A DNA stretch of 64,000 nt from Antedon mediterranea (Eukaryota > Animalia > Echinodermata). The notes under the pieces were generated by a model. That model saw nothing but the letters and a program-made list of their open reading frames with translations. It did no database searches and was not told the origin of the DNA. The stretch is from assembly GCF_964355755.1 (NCBI RefSeq), contig NC_092670.1:13130795-13194794 (forward strand), in the 5' to 3' direction. Numbering within the stretch: the first letter of the stretch is position 1; every line of letters begins with the position of its first letter. Position numbers and translations under genes: made by a program. Positions 52,294 to 64,000 of this stretch are shown one piece after another.

Positions 52294-54362
52294 TAGGGAA
52301 TTGAGAATATAACTAGTTGTTGTGACATTATCTTTAAATTAAAAACAATACAAGATTCAAAGTAGAATAAATGTATACATATGTGGCCAATGTTAATTAT
52401 GAAGTCAAAAAAAAAGAAAAAAAAACTGTAGAAAAATATTTTTATTATGAAAATTGTATGCGTCGCGGATGACGGCAAATTGGAAATGAGTTTTAAGAAG
52501 GTTTACGTATTGTAATATTTCTCCTCATTTAAAAGAGATTTTAAAATTTGTTTTGTATTATTATGTTGCCAGATAGTTGTTTTAGATGACTGACTGTTAA
52601 TTATAAAATTTTAACTGCAAATTTATTAATAAATATGATTTATATGTCGTTACGGACGGGACATTTCTAACGTCGCGGACAGAACACTTTTGTCCAGGTT
52701 AAACAAAATTTATAATTATTTTTTTCTGAGGTTTTTTACATCAATTTACTCCTTTATTTACAAATCAAAATATAATTCAACCTTTGAAACACTGTATAAA
52801 AGTTTATGTCAAGTGAAAGTATTAAAATTCATAAATATGAAATATTTATTTATAAAATTAATTATTCGAAGAGTTATAAAGAGAAGCAATACTGTTAAAT
52901 GCTATCAAAATAATATTTACACTAATTTAAAAGTTATGCTTGGCATATTACACAAGACTTCAAGCTATTAACACATTTAAGGAGAATCTTTAAAAATTGT
53001 CGTTGGCATTTGACGTCTGAATTTGTTAGAAAGTTGATCCAAGTTGCATCCTTGCTTGGATTTAATGTTACTGTAGGTCTACTTCTATTAAACTTCAATC
53101 TTAATTATTTAGTATCTGATATTTAAAGATTCTTGGTTGCAAATTCACAAAATCTACAAAGTGATGACCACACCCAATACTCCCTTTCATACTTGTCATG
53201 TTGTTTTAGATTTCGGTATTGTTCTTTTGTGGATTGTTTTTTTAAATACAGACCACAATGTTTTGTGATTAATAAACAGCAGTTAACACCTTTGTACAGT
53301 ACTGTCCAGCCTACAGTACAAAAACACGTTTTAATTCTTAAAATAATGCCATCCCATCCCTAACAAAAATTTCCCATCCGTAACATTCACTAAATTTTGA
53401 TAGTAATGTTTTTTATATTAAAAAAAACTTGTTTAAATCTATTGCAATTGAAAATTAAGAATTAAATAACAATTTTGGAGCCATTACTTCAATAAACACA
53501 AATGAGGAAAAAACCTCAATCGAAATGTCTCAGAAGTAACAATTATGAATTTTGAAATGCAAGTATGAAATTAATAAACAATAATAAAATACTGTACTTG
53601 ATTATGAACAATTGGAGCTTACTGTGAAATAAAAATTTAACTACAGTATATTTATGAGGAAAATGTTAACAAGATGCATGGTTTTATTAAATGAAAAGGA
53701 TTTAAATGATATGTCCTGTCCTTAACAAAAATGTCTGTCCCGTTCCTACAAAAAATGTCATCAATATATTTTTGAAATACGATATGTTCACCAAAAGTTT
53801 CAAAATATTTGTTTATAATGTACTGCATATAGTTTTTAAAAGGAAAAAACAAAATATTAAATTGTGGTATCAATACGTTAACTGAAATGTAAAAAACACC
53901 ATAAAACTACTATTAAAATGTCGTGGATGGGACAATTATGAATTTTGAAATGTATATATAAAATTTACTAAACAAAATATGTGTTATAAAATGCTTGACT
54001 ATGTACAATATAGGGTCATAGTGTAACTATATCTGTGAAAAAATGTTTAAAACATTCATGGTTTGTGAAATAATTAGGATTTAAATCATATATGTCCCGT
54101 CCGTAAAAAAAATGTCCCGTCCGTAACAATATATTTTTGAAATATGATATTTTCATCAAAATGTAAAATTTTCAAAAATTGTGTTCATATAATGAGATAT
54201 AGTCCTCAGCAGGAGAAAATGAAATATCAAGATTTTTGCATCATTACTTTTTAAATAAATATAAAAAAACCACCTAAAACGTCACGGGCGGGACATTTAT
54301 GAATTTGAAATGCATGTATGAAATTAATAAACAACAAAATTGTATTGTATTGTATCGCCTAA

Positions 54363-57046
54363 AATATATAGTTATTATTAACTGTTATAATATAGGGGGT
54401 GCAATCTGTCACGGGGTACCTAATATTCTAGACAGTCCGTAATATATTGCACCCCCTATAATATATAGTTATTAACTGTTATATTACAGGGGGTGAAATC
54501 TGTCACGGGGTACCTAATATTCTAGACAGCCCATAATATATTGCACCCCCTATAGTATATAGTTATTAACTGTTATATTATAGGGGGTGCAATCTGTCAC
54601 GGGGTACCTAATATTCTAGACAGTCCGTAATATATTGCACCCCCTATAGTATATAGTTATTATTAACTGTTATAATATAGGGGGTGCAATCTGTCACGCG
54701 GTACCTAATATTCTAGATAGTCCGTAATATATTGCACCCCCTATAGTATATAGTTATTAACTGTTATATTATAGGGGGTGCAATCTGTCACGGGGTACCT
54801 AATATTCTAGACAGTCCGTAATATATTGCATCCCCTATAGTATATAGTTATTAACTGTTATAATATAGGGGGTGCAATCTGTCACGGGGGTACCTAATAT
54901 TCTAGACAGCCCATAATATATTGCAACCCCTAAAATAGATAGTTATTAACTGTTATATTACCGGGGGTGCAATCTGTCACGTGGGTACCTAATATTCTAG
55001 ACAGTCCGTAATATATTGCAACCCCTATAGTATATAGTTATTAACTGTTATAATGTAGGGGGTGCAATCTGTCACGGGGTACCTAATATTCTAGACAGTC
55101 CGTAATATATTGCAACCCCTATAGTATATAGTTATTAACTGTTATAATGTAGGGGGTGCAATCTGTCACGGGGTACCTAATATTCTAGACAGTCCGTAAT
55201 ATATTGCACCCCCTATAATATATAGTTATTAACTGTTATATTACAGGGGGTGCAATCTGTCACGGGGTACCTAATATTCTAGACAGCCCATAATATATTG
55301 CACCCCCTATAGTATATAGTTATTAACTGTTATATTATAGGGGGTGCAATCTGTCACGGGGTACCTAATATTCTAGACAGTCCGTAATATATTGCACCCC
55401 CTATAGTATATAGTTATTAACTGTTATAATATAGGGGGTGCAATCTGTCACGGGGTACCTAATATTCTAGACAGTCCGTAATATATTGCACCCCCTATAG
55501 TATATAGTTATTAACTGTTATATTATAGGGGTTGCAATCTGTCACGGGGTACCTAATATTCTAGACAGTCCGTAATATATTGCATCCCCTATAGTATATA
55601 GTTATTAACTGTTATAATATAGGGGGTGCAATCTGTCACGGGGTACCTAATATTCTAGTCAGCCCATAATATATTGCACCCCCTATAATATATAGTTATT
55701 AACTGTTATAATATAGGGGGTGCAATCTGTCACGGGGGTACCTAATATTCTAGACAGCCCATAATATATTGCACCCCCTATAATATATAGTTATTAACTG
55801 TTATAATATAGGGGGTGCAATCTGTCACGGGGGTACCTAATATTCTAGACCGCCCATAATATATTGCACCCCCTATAATATATAGTTATTAACTGTTATA
55901 ATATAGGGGGTGCAATCTGTCACGGGGGTACCTAATATTCTAGACAGCCCATAATATATTGCAACCCCTAAAATAGATAGTTATTAACTGTTATATTACA
56001 GGGGGTGCAATCTGTCACGTGGGTACCTAATATTCTAGACAGTCCGTAATATATTGCAACCCCTATAGTATATAGTTATTAACTGTTATAATGTAGGGGG
56101 TGCAATCTGTCACGGGGTACCTAATATTCTAGACAGTCCGTAATATATTGCAACCCCTATAGTATAGTTATTAACTGTTATAATGTAGGGGGTGCAATCT
56201 GTCACGGGGTACCTAATATTCTAGACAGTCCGTAATATATTGCATCCCCTATAGTATATAGTTATTAACTGTTATAATATAGGGGGTGCAATCTGTCACG
56301 GGGTACCTAATATTCTAGACAGCCCATAATATATTGCACCCCCTATAATATATAGTTATTAACTGTTATAATATAGGGGGTGCAATCTGTCACGGGGGTA
56401 CCTAATATTCTAGACAGCCCATAATATATTGCACCCCCTATAATATATAGTTATTAACTGTTATAATATAGGGGGTGCAATCTGTCACGGGGGTACCTAA
56501 TATTCTAGACAGCCCATAATATATTGCACCCCCTATAATATATAGTTATTAACTGTTATAATATAGGGGGTGCAATCTGTCACGGGGGTACCTAATATTC
56601 TAGACAGCCCATAATATATTGCAACCCCTAAAATAGATAGTTATTAACTGTTATATTACCGGGGGTGCAATCTGTCACGGGGTACCTAATATTCTAGACA
56701 GTCCGTAATATATTGCAACCCCATAGTATATAGTTATTAACTGTTATAATATAGGGGGTGCAATCTGTCACGGGGTACCTAATATTCTAGACAGTCCGTA
56801 ATATATTGCAACCCCTATAGTATATAGTTATTAACTGTTATAATACAGGGGGTACAATCTGTCACGGGGTACCTAATATTCTAGACAGTCCGTAATATAT
56901 TGCAACCCCTATAGTATATAGTTATTAACTGTTATAATATAGGGGGTGCAATCTGTCACGGGGTACCTAATATTCTAGACAGCCCATAATATATTGCACC
57001 CCCTATAATATATAGTTATTAACTGTTATAATATAGGGGGTGCAAT
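54363..57046 (-). repeat. Same ~95-bp satellite in inverted orientation, ~28 copies
   Basis: Reverse complement of the 48250-52293 unit. Confidence 0.98.
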
Positions 57047-57606
57047 GTGATTTATTTTTGGTGCATAATGCCCGGTGTTTTGGGCTTGTGTTCCTGTTCA
57101 ATTGGCGTGTGTCCGTTTTCCTTCGTAAAATAATCATAAGACAACTAAACATAATGTTATATGGGCCTAAAACAACTTGAGATTAAATAAATAGATTATA
57201 GATAAAATTAGGAGAGCGCTAGGGTGCTTAGAACGGTTATGAACATTCAAATCAAAATCATTGATTCATATGAAAAATAAACAGTATATAACCGTAGTAT
57301 ACAGGCCCGTATACAGGCCATGACTTCATTATTAATAAATAAATAATAATAATGAATAATCATAGGCCTAATAAGTGTATAGTCCAAGGATCGAGTTATA
57401 TAATACGGATTATAATACAAAGACAATTACTGAATTGTTGTGGGTTTCAGTGACAGGATCTCTGGATACAAAGAAATAAAATAAAGAAAAAGCTAAATCA
57501 AAACGATAAATTAAAACAGCCTGAACACTTAGCAGAGCTTTTGGAAAACACTACCCCTTCATCAGTGCAAGTGAGAGTACGTAGACAAACTTTATAATAC
57601 GTAGAG

Positions 57607-59644
57607 GGATGCTAGTCAAGTCGCCCCATCGCAAAGTCGCCCCATACAAAGTCGCCCCTTACACGTCGCCCCATCGCAAAGTCGCCCCAAAACAAAGTCG
57701 CCCCGACACAGTCGCCCCATCGCAAAGTCGCCCCAACGCAAAGTCGCCCCATCGCAAAGTTGCCCTAACACAAAGTCGCCCCATCGCAAAGTCGCCCCAA
57801 AACGTTAAAAAAATAGTTTAAAAGTGCGTAAAATGTCGCAATGATACACAAAATAACACGGAACGTGTAGGCATAAAAGGGGAAGCCCCGCCATGTAGTC
57901 TCAGGTCACACGATCATCCCCCATCATCATGAGAGGAAGCCCCCAACTAATCACTCCGCGCGCGGTCGCACTAACGTGCTAGCTCACCACCAGAGGGAAA
58001 CCCCCGTAATTACTCCGCCGTTGTCGCACTACAACGCACCATCTGAAGATGGGGAAACCCCGCCGGAGTTTTACGATATCAGTCGCGTTCGAAATCGGTC
58101 GCGTTTAATTTTGGTCGCGATAAAATGATGTTATACGATCTAGATTATTTTTACTTTGGTCGATAAATATTTATTATTATTAGGCCTATATTATATTAAT
58201 AATTGATTTTTGTTTTTATTTTACAGGTCTATGATGAGAAAGATGTGTGCCTTCAAAAATGACAATTTGTAAACATAGTTTAAGATTATAGTATTATTCA
58301 GCATAATGTCATTTAACAGTACATAATTATTAAATGTGAAATATTTTATAGGGAACGTAGGCTACGTCTGTAACTTTTATTTTATATGCAACAAATTAAA
58401 TTACGTAAAACAATTTATTTATAAACATTCAGTTTACTAATAGTATTACAATGAACATTGATTATAAGCCTGGAAAGGCAATCCCATCATTATATCCATT
58501 ATAAAATTGCATCATATCACCACTATATGTCGTAAATGATGACGTGCGTGTGTGTATGTATTCGTCGTACGTCCGTGTACGTATTATTCGGTGCATCTTC
58601 ACTGTCTTGTTTAATTTAAAATTAAATAAACACCCGATATGAGGATATTTATTAGGCATGAGATAATTAGAATGTTCTATAACCAAAAGGGTTGAAAAAA
58701 ATTTCTTCAGTAAAATGATCATTCTGCTGTTGAATAAAAAGCGACTCGCAATCTGAAACATTCTCTGAAACCAATCGGAGCTGCGCCTTCTGGTATCTGT
58801 TTCCTCACAGCTGCTACGACGTCTTTCTGCTGCCCGTCGGGGATTCCCCTTTTTAAAAAACACGCACACGATACGATGGTTTTCCATGGTCAAAATGTAG
58901 CGTACGATCATATCGGCGATGAAATCCTTTTTTTTTATTTCTTCATTTTGAAAAGTCATAATAAAATTAAATAACAATAGACACATAACTTGTCCGAATG
59001 TGATCAATAAGTAGCCTATAACACTATTGTCTTACAACTACTGTAAATCTATACGAAAGCCTACTACACATTTATACACTTATTATATTATCATAAAAAA
59101 TGAGCTGGTAGGTTGAAGAAAGATTCGTAATTGTGGCTCTGGTAACTAATTTTAAAATCATATTAAATTAACATTTTCGAAACTATAAATCAGGGATAAT
59201 CTTTTTAGAACTTTCAAACAAGGGACTGTTTTTTTTAATGATTTCTAAAAAGCACATCACTCCATTAAAACCTGTAAAATAAAAATAAAAATACAAATTA
59301 TGTATATAATAGGATAAACATTATAATGTAGGCCTAGGCCTAGGCCTATACGACATTTAGCGCGACCAAAGTAACAACGCAATCGATATCAAACGCAACC
59401 GATATGATTAAAACAGCGTACTACTAGTAATAGCGGCGGCGCTTCATAGTCATACCGAAATAAAACCGTGGGCGACTTTGCGATAGGGCGACTTTGCGTT
59501 GGGGCGACTTTGCGATGGGGCGACTTTGCGATGGGGCGACTGTGCCGGGGCGACTTTGTTTTGGGGCGACTTTGCGATGGGGCGACTTTGTATTGGGCGA
59601 CTTTGTATGGGGCGACTTTGCGATGGGGCGACTTGACTGGATCC
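57607..59644. mobile_element. Non-autonomous TIR element with (aaagtcgcccc..)n subterminal arrays, possibly MULE-like
   Basis: ggatgctagtcaagtcgcccc / ggggcgacttgactggatcc; 16-17-bp arrays at both ends; imperfect 9-bp TSD tacgtagag / cacgtaggg. Confidence 0.8.
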
Positions 59645-61079
59645 CACGTAGGGATAGGGGGTGCAATTTGTCACGGGGTACTGAAAATGTTAACTAAGCT
59701 AAAATATTCTGTATCCCGGAAAAGAAGCGAGAGTTAGTGATGCATAAAATTCGTTGAATAAACATAAAGTAGGCGGAGCATGCAACGTATTACTGTTGTA
59801 ATTCAATAGGGGGTGCACTCAGTTACGGGGGTACCTAAAATTTTAGAACAACTGACAAAATGACAAGAAGGCCTTGTTTGAAGGGAGTCCGTTTGAAGTG
59901 GATGTGGGATCATCCATGCCCATGGAGGATGTGTAGGCTGCTGCTGATTTGTTTAGTAGGATTTAGGCATATTGGTAAGATAAGAATAAACAGTTACAAG
60001 TTGTATTGTAATGTAATGCTAGGCTACTACTACTCTATCTAGCTAGGCCTAGGTAGGGCCAGGCTAGCCTGCGTGGTGCTAATGCAGTTTCGCACCACAC
60101 CTACATTTTTTCTCACATCCACCTATCATCTATATATAAATTTACGTAAGGGCAAAATTCGGTAAATCGCGCCTTCTAGAATTTTTACTCGATGGTATAT
60201 AAAGTTGGTTCGTACTTTTGGTACTGATTTTAACCACCTGATGTAGGCTAACCCTGTTTACTAATTAAATTAAGTTAGATAATTAGTTTTTGACGATTAA
60301 AACGAATTTAGGTTCAACGATTTGCCCCAAAATAGGGGTGTTTTCCGATCGTGGTATACACTGTCTAATGGATGTCCATCTTGAAAAATACCCGCCACAA
60401 AAATGCGAGGAGGCTTCGCTGCTTCGCATTTTCCTATCTCCTCCTACGATAATTGTTTTTAATAGCTGAAAACCGGTTGAACAGCTAAAGTACAATTTTC
60501 TTTAAAAAATACTATTTTGATAGATTTAATATATGATTATACAAAAATGTATTGATTTGCGATGAATGGAACATCCCAATCTCTCAGTCTGCCAGAGTTT
60601 GGTTTAGCACAAGTAGGTAAATTTATGAGCCCTTGATTTAACACATACAGTAGGTAAATATATGGGCCCTTTGAGAATAAACTTGCAATACTTTGACAAT
60701 ACTGTAACTATTTTTAGTCCTCATTTGAATCGAACATTTCTTACTGTGAATGTTCGTACTGTAAAAATATATACACATAAACTTTATTACTGAGATTGTG
60801 GATAGGATCTACTGTTAGATATATAAACACATTATTATATACAAATAAACTTTATACTGACACAGTGTTCTCCCCAGGATTCACATCAAGCGTCACGGTT
60901 CGGCCCCCCCCCCCCCCCCTGGGAGTGTGTGGGTGGGGGGGAGACATTTCGACACTAAGTACTTGAGTCACAGCCCCACCATGGTTGTGGCTGTGGCGAA
61001 GCGATTTATGGTAATTTACACCCTAGATGGCCGGAAATGGTACTCTTGCACATAACATTTATGTTGAATGACACCTCTG

Positions 61080-61960
61080 GTTTGGCCGGAAATAACACTT
61101 ATAGCGCGCTAGCAAACAACAAAACGATCGTAGCCAACTTTTTCCGCCGGTAAACATACGCGAAGAAACATTTTTTTGCATTCATTACGAACGTCAAGGG
61201 GAAGTCCTCAATGAAAAAAATAGGCCTAATCTAAGCCTACTCATCAGTAGGACAACTCTAGTTGGCCGGAAACGAAACTTTATAGGGCACTAGCAAACAG
61301 TAAAACCATCGTAGCATACTTTTTCCGCCAGTAAACATACGCGATAAAAAATTTTTTTTGCGTTCAATACGAACGTCAAGGGGAATTCCCCGATGAAATA
61401 AAACTAGGCCTACTAATGGGTAGGACAACTCTGTAGTTGTCCGGAAAGACACCTCATAGCGTGCTAGCAAACCGCACGATCGTAGCCTACTTTTTCCGCC
61501 GGTAAACATACGCGATAAGAAACATTTTTGGGTTCATTACGAACGTCAAGGGGAATTCCCCGATGAAATAAAAAATGCCTACTCATCAGTAGGACAACTC
61601 TGTAGTTGGTCGGAAAGCACACTTCATAGCGCGCTAGCAAACAGTAAAACAATCGTAGCCTACTTTTCCGCAGGTAAACATACGCGATAAATGAAAAAAA
61701 AAAAAATATGCCTACTCAGTAGGCAACTGTAGTTAGCCGGAAACGACACCTTATAGTGCGTTAGCAAACATTAAAACGATCGTAGCCTACTTTTTTTTTT
61801 CGCCGGCGGGTAAACATATGCGATAAAAAAACATTTTTTGTGTTCAAATACAAACATCGGGGGAAAGTGCCGATGAAATAAAACTAGGCCTACTCATTAG
61901 TAAGACACCTCTTGTTGCCCGGAAATAAGACTTCATAGCGCACTAGCAAATAGGAAAACG
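61080..61960. repeat. ~175-bp tandem repeat, ~5 diverged copies
   Basis: ccggaaa..ttatagcgcgctagcaaac..cgtagcc..ccgccggtaaacatacgcga recurs at ~61085, 61265, 61441, 61610, 61737 and 61918. Confidence 0.9.
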
Positions 61961-63086
61961 ATTGGATTGAATGTATTATACGATCAAAGCAGGTAGCATT
62001 GAATTGCGCCTAGAAAATCAATCGCGCCTTTGTCATTTGATGATGTGCGTGCGTATGTTACCGACGAAAGAGTAAATCCCACCGATCCATAGAGAGTCGA
62101 TTAATTCAATGTGATATTGAAAATATCATTGATATTCAGTTTTTAATACACATATCATGTTTACAAGAAAAATAATACAATCAATCATTGTTTTAACTGA
62201 AAACTTTATTTACAATATACAAGTAAGTTACCACATTTTAGATGATTCAGACAACAGCCAATACTAGAGATCGAAAGAGAGACATGGCAGTAACAAAACA
62301 CGTGCTTACATCTCTCGGCGGCGGCCGGTGAAAGCACCATGTGACATACAGTATCGCAGTACTGATATCACAATACCATGTGACATCCCTTGTCACTCGA
62401 CTTTCTCACGAAGTAGGGCCTAAAACATTCTAGCACCGATGTACAAATGTACCTTAAGTTAAGTGAAATAAGACCTTAGCGCACTAGGAAAACGATCGTA
62501 GCCTTCTTGAATGTATTATACGATCAAAGCAGCTAGCATTGAATTGCGCCTAGAAATCATTTGATGACGTGCGTATGTTACCGACGAAAGAGTAAATCCC
62601 ACCGATAGAGTCGATTAATTCATATCGAATCGAATAATTACATGAAAATCGAAAATGATAACATTTGGATTGTGTATAAATAAATACTTTGGGTACAATT
62701 TTAGATGATCAAAAAGACACGCGCATTATTAAACAGAATACCATCACTGATAGGAGGGCCTGTCGGATTTACTGAAATGACCGTACTAGTCAATTCTATG
62801 GTTTCATTAAAAAAAAAAATTAAAAAAAAGTGTGTGAACATTGTATAGCTTTATTTATTATTAAATGTTATAGTGTACAGAAAAGAATTTCTGATTTTAT
62901 TTGACCAAATAAATGCTGTGAGAGCAGTTGACTGACTAACAAATAAGTTACAGTAGGCCTATTTATTTTCAAATATATAATTCACAATTACTTCTTTATT
63001 GTATCAAATAATTATCAAACTTGGTACCTTTAAAAACATCTAACTAACTTAAGCTACGAAATTAACAAATAAGTAACAGAACTTAA

Positions 63087-63642
63087 AGATGTATTTTTCC
63101 TTGAAACACAAAAAATGAAGGTCAAAATATTCTAAATTTTAATCGGCCATATCAAAGTAATATTAAAGTTGTTCACTTAAAGTCGAAAATTCGAGCCAAA
63201 AACAACAAGTTTACATAATAAACAGAGGTAAATTAATTTGATTACATTTCGTCTGGAAAATCGTCGCGAGCGAAAGTAAACTAAGATTTCAAACCACGAG
63301 TACGCATTGTGCATGATGCTAATTAGGATTGTTTACAACTCGTCACAGTTGAGAAGGTGTTTTCACACAGATCGCGAGGAAGTTTTATGATTATGCATAC
63401 AGAGTAGCCAAACAAGAGCAATGCATTATGAGATATGTTTTTATCAAAAACTTTGACTGGAAGTCAAAGTTATTTTTTGAACAAAAAAAACGTCTATTCT
63501 GTATTTCAATTAAATTATTTTTTTTTTTCGACTAATTTTTGGTGAAAGTTAATAACTATTATGATACTTCAAAATAACCCACTTTTTTTCGAAATCTTTT
63601 ATTTTTTATTTTTTTGGAATTAGTAAAAGGGGCAATACATCT
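63087..63642. mobile_element. Kolobok-like MITE
   Basis: TTAA TSD on both sides; TIR agatgtatt / aatacatct. Confidence 0.6.
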
Positions 63643-63679
63643 TTAAAAGAAAATAAAAATTTGATCCAGGTCAGGGTCC

Positions 63680-64000
63680 AAAATTTGCGTTATTTGACGT
63701 TCTAAAGACTGATGTAAGACTCTCTGTTGTGGCTTGGGCTAGTTGAACGATGGACACCAGAACTTAACGCTTTCATGATGAGGCCAACTCAGGGGTGGCG
63801 CCAGGATCTTCCCGACGCGGGGGCTACATTCCCCGACGAGGGGGCTATGCGAGCGAAGCGAGCATCAGCACTAGGCTGAGGGCCAGGGGCCCCCGGTGGG
63901 GGTCCAGAGCCCCCGGAAGCAACGCGTTCTAGCGTCATTTGAGGTCTTTTTAATCAGATTTAGGGTAGCCATTTTTTCCATTTTTTATAATGCATAAATA
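63680..64000 (-). mobile_element. Second, inverted, partial copy of the 23453-25389 composite element
   Basis: Reverse complement of ~24930-25265, crossing the nested hAT junction; runs off the window. Confidence 0.9.

Larger units (their letters stand above)
47393..59853. mobile_element. 12.5-kb foldback element with ~57-bp TIRs and internal satellite arrays
   Basis: agttgttctaaaattttaggtacccccgtaac..tgcaccccctattgaattacaa at 47393 is mirrored at 59796-59853. The TIR is a variant of the satellite unit; no TSD seen. Confidence 0.8.

Noticed and set aside
48250-57046. CRISPR-like regular array with palindromic units
   Set aside because: No unique spacers, no cas genes and a eukaryotic context; it is a satellite.
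58462-59007. 181-aa ORF as a transposase
   Set aside because: No recognisable DDE or zinc-finger motif and a non-ATG start.

Overview
Eukaryotic, AT-rich animal genomic DNA; a marine invertebrate is my inference from the TE families and composition. The first ~9 kb hold two intron-containing host genes on the + strand: SF3B6 (U2 snRNP p14, 4 coding exons, 126 aa) and an unnamed 187-aa protein with an acidic N-terminus and basic ~21-aa helical repeats. The rest is a dense nest of transposable elements. It includes a full-length but frameshifted Gypsy element (10056-25897, minus strand) whose 3' LTR is split by a DIRS1-type tyrosine-recombinase retrotransposon and whose 5' LTR is split by a two-level DNA element. 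It also holds three copies of a ~950-bp hairpin element, an Academ-like element, a Chapaev element, and a 12.5-kb foldback element carrying two inverted arrays of a ~95-bp satellite. The most unusual part is 36.4-46.0 kb: a Polinton/Maverick (adintovirus-like) remnant with integrase and probable pPolB scraps. It retains a probably intact Bcl-2-like gene, an intact acidic protein with tandem SUMO-interaction-like motifs, and a disrupted spliced acidic gene with an IxCxE motif. This cassette sits between two inverted copies of the same end of an unrelated non-autonomous DNA element. All family assignments come from motif recognition by eye; no database searches were run.
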